Position numbers and translations under genes: made by a program. Shown in pieces: positions 59,825-64,000 of a DNA stretch of 64,000 nt. Source of the DNA: Planctomycetota bacterium (GTDB lineage Bacteria; Planctomycetota; UBA1135; UBA2386); assembly GCA_041398565.1 (NCBI GenBank), contig JAWKUN010000002.1, forward strand, positions 1,717,376 through 1,781,375. Direction: 5' to 3'. The notes beneath the pieces are model-generated. The model ran no database searches and was not told the DNA's origin. It saw only the letters and a list, made by a program, of their open reading frames with translations. Within the stretch, counting starts at the first letter, position 1; every line of letters starts with the position of its first letter.

Positions 59825-61081
59825 ATGCATGCGCGTCCTCGCCCACACATGCTCGAGCGATCCCAGAACTGGTGCCGGCTGTCCGCCGGGTTCCTCTGCT
59901 TCGTCGTCGCGTCGAACAGCGATGTCGCCGCCCAGGCTCCCTTGCCTGGCAGGCATGCGGTCAGTGAGGCTGATTGGACTGCCGGGGAGCTGTTCGAAGC
60001 GGTCGTCCAGGCGATCGGCACGTCGTACCACGACCGTGACTTCAGGCAGCAGACGTGGCCGGAGCTGGCATCGCGCTACGCCGAGGCCGCCCGCACGGCG
60101 AACTCGCGCGACGAAGAGCGCGCCGTGGTCGACGCGCTGCTCGGCTCGATTCCGAACAGCCACGTGGCGCTGTATTCGAAGCCGACCTACGACCATCTGC
60201 TCGCGGAGTTGAGCGCCCGGGACGCACCGACGTTCGGCCTCGAGTTGGAGCAGCGGGCGGGGCGGTTCTTCGCCACCGGGGTGCTCGAGGGGGGGCCGGC
60301 CGAGCGTGCGGGCGTGCGCCGCGGCGATCGCGTGCTCGCCATCGATGGCGTGGTGGCCGGCGCCAGTCCCCGTCTCGATCGTCGTTCCGACGACGCGCAC
60401 CTGCCCGACCCGCCGCGCCATGGTCTGCTGGGTGAGGTCGACGACACGGTCGAGCTGACGCTGCAGGACGCGCCCGACGCCACGCCGCGGACGGTGACGG
60501 TCCGCTGCCAGGAGTACTCGGCCTGGCGGGCGGCGCAGGCCAGCGTCGCCACGTGCGAGGTCGACGGCCGGCGGGTCGGCTACGTCCACTACTGGTTCGT
60601 GCATCTCGGTGGGGTGCACGGTCACTTCCGGGAGCTGCTGCGCGGTGCGTTCGCGGACTGTGACGCCTGCGTGCTCGATCTGCGCGGGCGCGGGGGCGAT
60701 GCCGCCGCCGTGGCGCCGCTGCTGGCGGCGGTGCGGGCGGCGGGCCGGCCGATCGTGGCGCTGGTCGACGCCGGGACGCGCAGCGCCAAGGAGGTCATCG
60801 CCTATCGACTGCAACGAGAGGGGTTGGCGACGCTGGTCGGCGAGCACACGGCGCGGGCGGTGATCCCGGCGACGTTCCGCCGCGTCGGTGCCGCGGACGT
60901 GCTGATGTTCCCGACCTTCACCCTCGGCGAGTTCACCACGGCGATCGAGGGGATCGGCGTCGCTCCCGACGTCGAGCAGGTCGACCGTCTGGTCTATGCG
61001 CACGGCGACGACCCGATCCTCGGCGCCGGTCTTCGTGTCGCGGCGAACTCGGTGCGGCGCGGCGCGCAGCGCGCCCGGTGA
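59825..61081 (+). CDS. S41-family peptidase with PDZ domain
   Basis: PDZ-like segment GGPAERAGVRRGDRVLAIDG. S41-like segment LDLRGRGGD...VDAGTRSAKEVIA. N-terminal hydrophobic leader. Confidence 0.8.
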   Translation: MHARPRPHMLERSQNWCRLSAGFLCFVVASNSDVAAQAPLPGRHAVSEADWTAGELFEAVVQAIGTSYHDRDFRQQTWPELASRYAEAARTANSRDEERAVVDALLGSIPNSHVALYSKPTYDHLLAELSARDAPTFGLELEQRAGRFFATGVLEGGPAERAGVRRGDRVLAIDGVVAGASPRLDRRSDDAHLPDPPRHGLLGEVDDTVELTLQDAPDATPRTVTVRCQEYSAWRAAQASVATCEVDGRRVGYVHYWFVHLGGVHGHFRELLRGAFADCDACVLDLRGRGGDAAAVAPLLAAVRAAGRPIVALVDAGTRSAKEVIAYRLQREGLATLVGEHTARAVIPATFRRVGAADVLMFPTFTLGEFTTAIEGIGVAPDVEQVDRLVYAHGDDPILGAGLRVAANSVRRGAQRAR

Positions 61082-61120
61082 AGCGCAGCGTCACGCCCCG
61101 AATCCGGGGTACGGGTCGCG

Positions 61121-62035
61121 TCAATCGGGGCCGAGGCGGCGCAGCCGGGCGGCAGCCTCGGCGGGCGGGACCGAGTTGATGTACATGTCGCCGCCCAGCT
61201 CGAGCCCGGCGAGGTTGCCGGTGCGCGGCTGCAGTTCGAAGTGCCACGGCAGACGCCGGTCCCGGTCGCGCAGCAGGTAGGCGTTGAACGGCGGCGCGTC
61301 GAGGCCGGCATCGAGTGCGACGAAGGCAGCGTGCAGAGCCTCTGCCAGCGCCAGGTCGTCGACCGGCGCCAGGAAGTCGTCACCCGGATCGCGCGGCGAC
61401 AGCCAGGTCTCGAACGGCAGCTTGGGTACCCGCGGGCAGTGCACCACGTACCGGGCGTTGTGGAACACGACGCGTCCCTCGGCTTCGGCACGGGCCACGT
61501 CCTCGGCGAGGGGGCAGGGCCGGCGGCCGCTGAGGCGGGCGAGTGCCTGAGCCAGGCGTGGTGTCGGGGCGTCGAGGCCGAGGAGCTGGGTGTGGTTGTG
61601 GGCGATCGACGCACCGGCGCGGTAGCCGACGTTCTTGAACAAGAACGCGCATGCGACGCGCGCCTCCATGGCGGCGATGCGCCGGCGGTAGAGCGCGAGC
61701 GCATCGCGCCACAAGCCGACGTCGAGGGCTGCCGGCCGCGTGGCGTGCGTGTCCCCCTCGGCGATCACCTCGTGCGCCGCCGCCGCAGGGTAGAGGTTGC
61801 CGAAGGCGCGCACCACCCAGCCCGGGCCCGGCGGGAGCGCGTCGCCGTGGCGCACGGAGTCGACCTCAGGCGGGGTCATGGCCTCGTTGCCCGGGCAGAA
61901 CGGACAGGGGCCGCCGCCGTTGTCGTCGAGGGTCTGCATCGGGCGCAGCCGGCGCCCGGGCGCCACCAGCACCGGCCTGCCGGTGAAAGGATCGACCTGC
62001 GTCGTCGGGACGGGCTGGCGCGGCGTCGTCGTCAC
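61121..62035 (-). CDS. galT: galactose-1-phosphate uridylyltransferase-family (HIT/GalT) nucleotidyltransferase
   Basis: VDPFTGRPVLVAPGRRLRP, the zinc knuckle CPFCPGNE, and the HxHxQ active site SIAHNHTQLLG are present. GTG at 62035 is the chosen start. Confidence 0.75.
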   Translation of the reverse strand: MTTTPRQPVPTTQVDPFTGRPVLVAPGRRLRPMQTLDDNGGGPCPFCPGNEAMTPPEVDSVRHGDALPPGPGWVVRAFGNLYPAAAAHEVIAEGDTHATRPAALDVGLWRDALALYRRRIAAMEARVACAFLFKNVGYRAGASIAHNHTQLLGLDAPTPRLAQALARLSGRRPCPLAEDVARAEAEGRVVFHNARYVVHCPRVPKLPFETWLSPRDPGDDFLAPVDDLALAEALHAAFVALDAGLDAPPFNAYLLRDRDRRLPWHFELQPRTGNLAGLELGGDMYINSVPPAEAAARLRRLGPD

Positions 62036-62040
62036 GCGGG

Positions 62041-62469
62041 TCAGGGCTGCGACTGGTCGACGAAGCGCACACTGCGCGCTCCAGGGAACAGGTCGGTTCC
62101 CGCGGGCACGGTCAGGTCGGCTTCGTCGCCGTGCGCCCACCGCTGCATGCGGCAGCGCAGGTCGGCGCGCTCGCAGTCCGAGGGCAGCAAGAGGATGCGG
62201 CGGCCGCGTTCGAAGCGCTCGCCGCGTGGCGGCGGTTCGACCACCAGTTCCAGCACCGTGAGGTCCTCACCGGAGGCCGGCACTTCGATGGCGCGCGGCG
62301 CACCGGCGGCGAAGTCGTATTCGGCGTGCACCGACTCGACCACGGACGGCGGCTTGCTGGCGGCGGGGAAGACCGAGCAGCCGGCGGTCGCGCACAGCGC
62401 TGCGTTCTGGAGCAGCTTGCGAAGGTCCGAGGGCATCGTCGCAGGGAGCAGGAGGACGGCCGAAGTCAT
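62041..62469 (-). CDS. small lipoprotein
   Basis: In-frame ATG at 62469 (or 62436) gives a leader ending LCATAGC (lipobox). Its stop lies 5 nt before the galT-like start. Confidence 0.55.
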   Translation of the reverse strand: MTSAVLLLPATMPSDLRKLLQNAALCATAGCSVFPAASKPPSVVESVHAEYDFAAGAPRAIEVPASGEDLTVLELVVEPPPRGERFERGRRILLLPSDCERADLRCRMQRWAHGDEADLTVPAGTDLFPGARSVRFVDQSQP

Positions 62470-62734
62470 ACCAGAGGACAGGCAGGCGCGCCCGGGCAAG
62501 TCTCGCCTTCCGGCAGACCTGGAGTCCGCGTCACGGGATTCAGCCGCGTCGGAGCCGCGCCTGTTCGCCCAGCTTGGCGCGTCCGAGTCTCCACAGGTCG
62601 CCCAACCTGGCGGGCGATTCCGGCCGCACCGACCTGAACGAACATCCACGACTCGGCCGCGGCGCCTCCCGTGACGCGGACTCCTGCGGACGGTTCGAGG
62701 ACTCGACCGCGGGCGTCGCTATCGTGCGCGCCAC

Positions 62735-63610
62735 GTGTTCGGCGGCATCGCGATCCTGCGCAACCTGCTGTGCGTGGCGCACGGCGAGGCCCACGGCCAG
62801 GTGTTCCTGGTCGATCTCGACGAGCGGCGGGTGATCTCGCGCATCGTCGTGCACGATCAGGAGCACCAGTTCACCGACGCCGAGGCGGTGGCGGTGGACG
62901 GCAGCTGCAGCGTCTACGTCGCCGACACCCGCAACGACGTGGTCCGGCGCTACACGGCGTTCGGGCGCCAGGTCGCTCGCTACGGTACGCGTGTCGAGCG
63001 CGGGCCGGGCACGGTCGAGCGCGACCGGGTGGGTGTCCTCGACCGACCGCGCGCGCTGGCCGTCCACAGGAACGTGCTGTGGGTGGCGAGCGGCGAGCGC
63101 AAGCTGGTGCGCGGCGTGCAGGCGTTCGACCTGCAGACCGGCGAAGCGATCGGGTTCCTGCGCGCGTTCGGCGAGGTCGACCGGCGCTTCGGTGCACCGC
63201 GCGGGCTCTTCGTGGACGCCACCGGCGTGCTCGTCGCCGACACCCTGCACGGAGTGATCCAGCGCTTCGTGCACGACGGCCGCTACGTGGGCGAGATCCC
63301 GCTGCGCCGCGACGCCGACATCGCGAGCCGACCGATCGCCGTGCTGCGCCTGCCCGGCGGGGACGTGCTGGTGGTCGACGCCGGCGACCGCGGTGGGCTG
63401 GCGCGCGTGTCGCTGTCGGGGGTGCGGCAGCCGCTGCCCGACCTGCCCGAGGGCACGTTCGTCGAACCCTCGGCGCTGGCCACCGACGCCGCCGGGCGTG
63501 TGTACGTGCTCGACCGCCATGGCGAGCGGGTGCAGCGCCTGAGTCCGGACCTGACGTACGAGGGCGTGGTGGTCGATCTGCAGGAGGTCCTCGGGCGCAT
63601 GGAGGAATGA
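62735..63610 (+). CDS. NHL-repeat beta-propeller protein
   Basis: Repeated NHL-like blades (VYVADTRNDVVRRY, VLVADTLHGVIQRF, VLVVDAGDRGGLARV, VYVLDRHGERVQRL). GTG start. Confidence 0.75.
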   Translation: MFGGIAILRNLLCVAHGEAHGQVFLVDLDERRVISRIVVHDQEHQFTDAEAVAVDGSCSVYVADTRNDVVRRYTAFGRQVARYGTRVERGPGTVERDRVGVLDRPRALAVHRNVLWVASGERKLVRGVQAFDLQTGEAIGFLRAFGEVDRRFGAPRGLFVDATGVLVADTLHGVIQRFVHDGRYVGEIPLRRDADIASRPIAVLRLPGGDVLVVDAGDRGGLARVSLSGVRQPLPDLPEGTFVEPSALATDAAGRVYVLDRHGERVQRLSPDLTYEGVVVDLQEVLGRMEE

Positions 63611-63721
63611 CGGCAGCCGTCGGCGGCGTGCGTCGCCGATCGGTCACCGGTGGCCGGGGACCGGCCTTCCCCGCGGCTTTTCGGTAGGCAAGAACCGCAC
63701 CCCTCGTCAAGCTTGCGCGCG

Positions 63722-64000
63722 ATGACCGCGCCGACCGCGCCCAAGCTGACCGCCTTCGACATCGGCTGCGTCGTGGTGAGCGGCATCGTCGGCGTCGGCA
63801 TCTTCTTCACTCCGCAGCGCGTGGCAGCGGCGGTGGACGGTCCGCTGCAGATGGTGACGGCGTGGGGGATCGGCGGCGTGATCGCGCTGTGCGGGGCGCT
63901 GGTGTTCGCCGAGTTGAGTCGGCTGGTGCCGGGCTACGGCGGCACGTTCGTGTACATCGAGCGGGCGTTCGGACCTCTGCCCGCGTTCCTCTACGGCTGG
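63722..64000 (+). CDS. APC-family amino acid permease (N-terminal 93 codons; continues beyond right edge)
   Basis: Not in the track because there is no stop. ATG at 63722. LTAFDIGCVVVSGIVGVGIFFTP...ALCGALVFAELS...GGTFVY is a typical APC transporter N-terminus. Confidence 0.8.
   Translation, partial: MTAPTAPKLTAFDIGCVVVSGIVGVGIFFTPQRVAAAVDGPLQMVTAWGIGGVIALCGALVFAELSRLVPGYGGTFVYIERAFGPLPAFLYGW

Overview
All calls rest on reading the supplied six-frame track plus my own hand translation and folding; nothing was searched or computed. This is a 64-kb stretch of a very GC-rich bacterial chromosome. Third codon positions are almost always G/C, so both strands carry long Arg/Pro/Ala-rich shadow ORFs that I discarded. 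I support about 50 protein genes and 3 tRNAs: Arg-UCU, Lys-UUU and Ala-GGC. I saw no rRNA, CRISPR array, transposase or integrase.

Housekeeping genes are prfC, lgt, pyrC, rpmB, crcB, gltX, plsC and furA-katG. They are interspersed with an unusually large set of exported or lipoprotein genes: HEAT-repeat proteins, DUF4382-, DUF1570- and DUF4388-like proteins, an ELWxxDGT-repeat protein, a GH78 rhamnosidase, NHL and Kelch-like propellers, and S1 and S41 peptidases. That repertoire looks PVC/Planctomycetota-like, but this is only an inference.

Items most worth a second look:
1. A signal-peptide thioredoxin-fold gene has its WCGWC active site written as W-UGA-G-W-C. A perfect SECIS-like hairpin follows 14 nt downstream, making it a candidate selenoprotein that gene callers would split in two.
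2. An unannotated ~115-135-aa C-terminal module starting FG.GC is shared by three otherwise unrelated secreted proteins. It is echoed in two paralogous secreted proteins flanking rpmB and tRNA-Arg.
3. A translationally coupled pilT, pilT-like, HEAT-repeat operon sits without any other pilus genes.
4. An eboA-eboB pair lacks eboC-F in this window.
5. furA-katG is preceded by a palindromic operator, and KatG carries a Tat/lipoprotein-type leader.
6. A DUF433/PIN-like toxin-antitoxin pair lies in a compositionally odd, gene-poor stretch next to tRNA-Ala.
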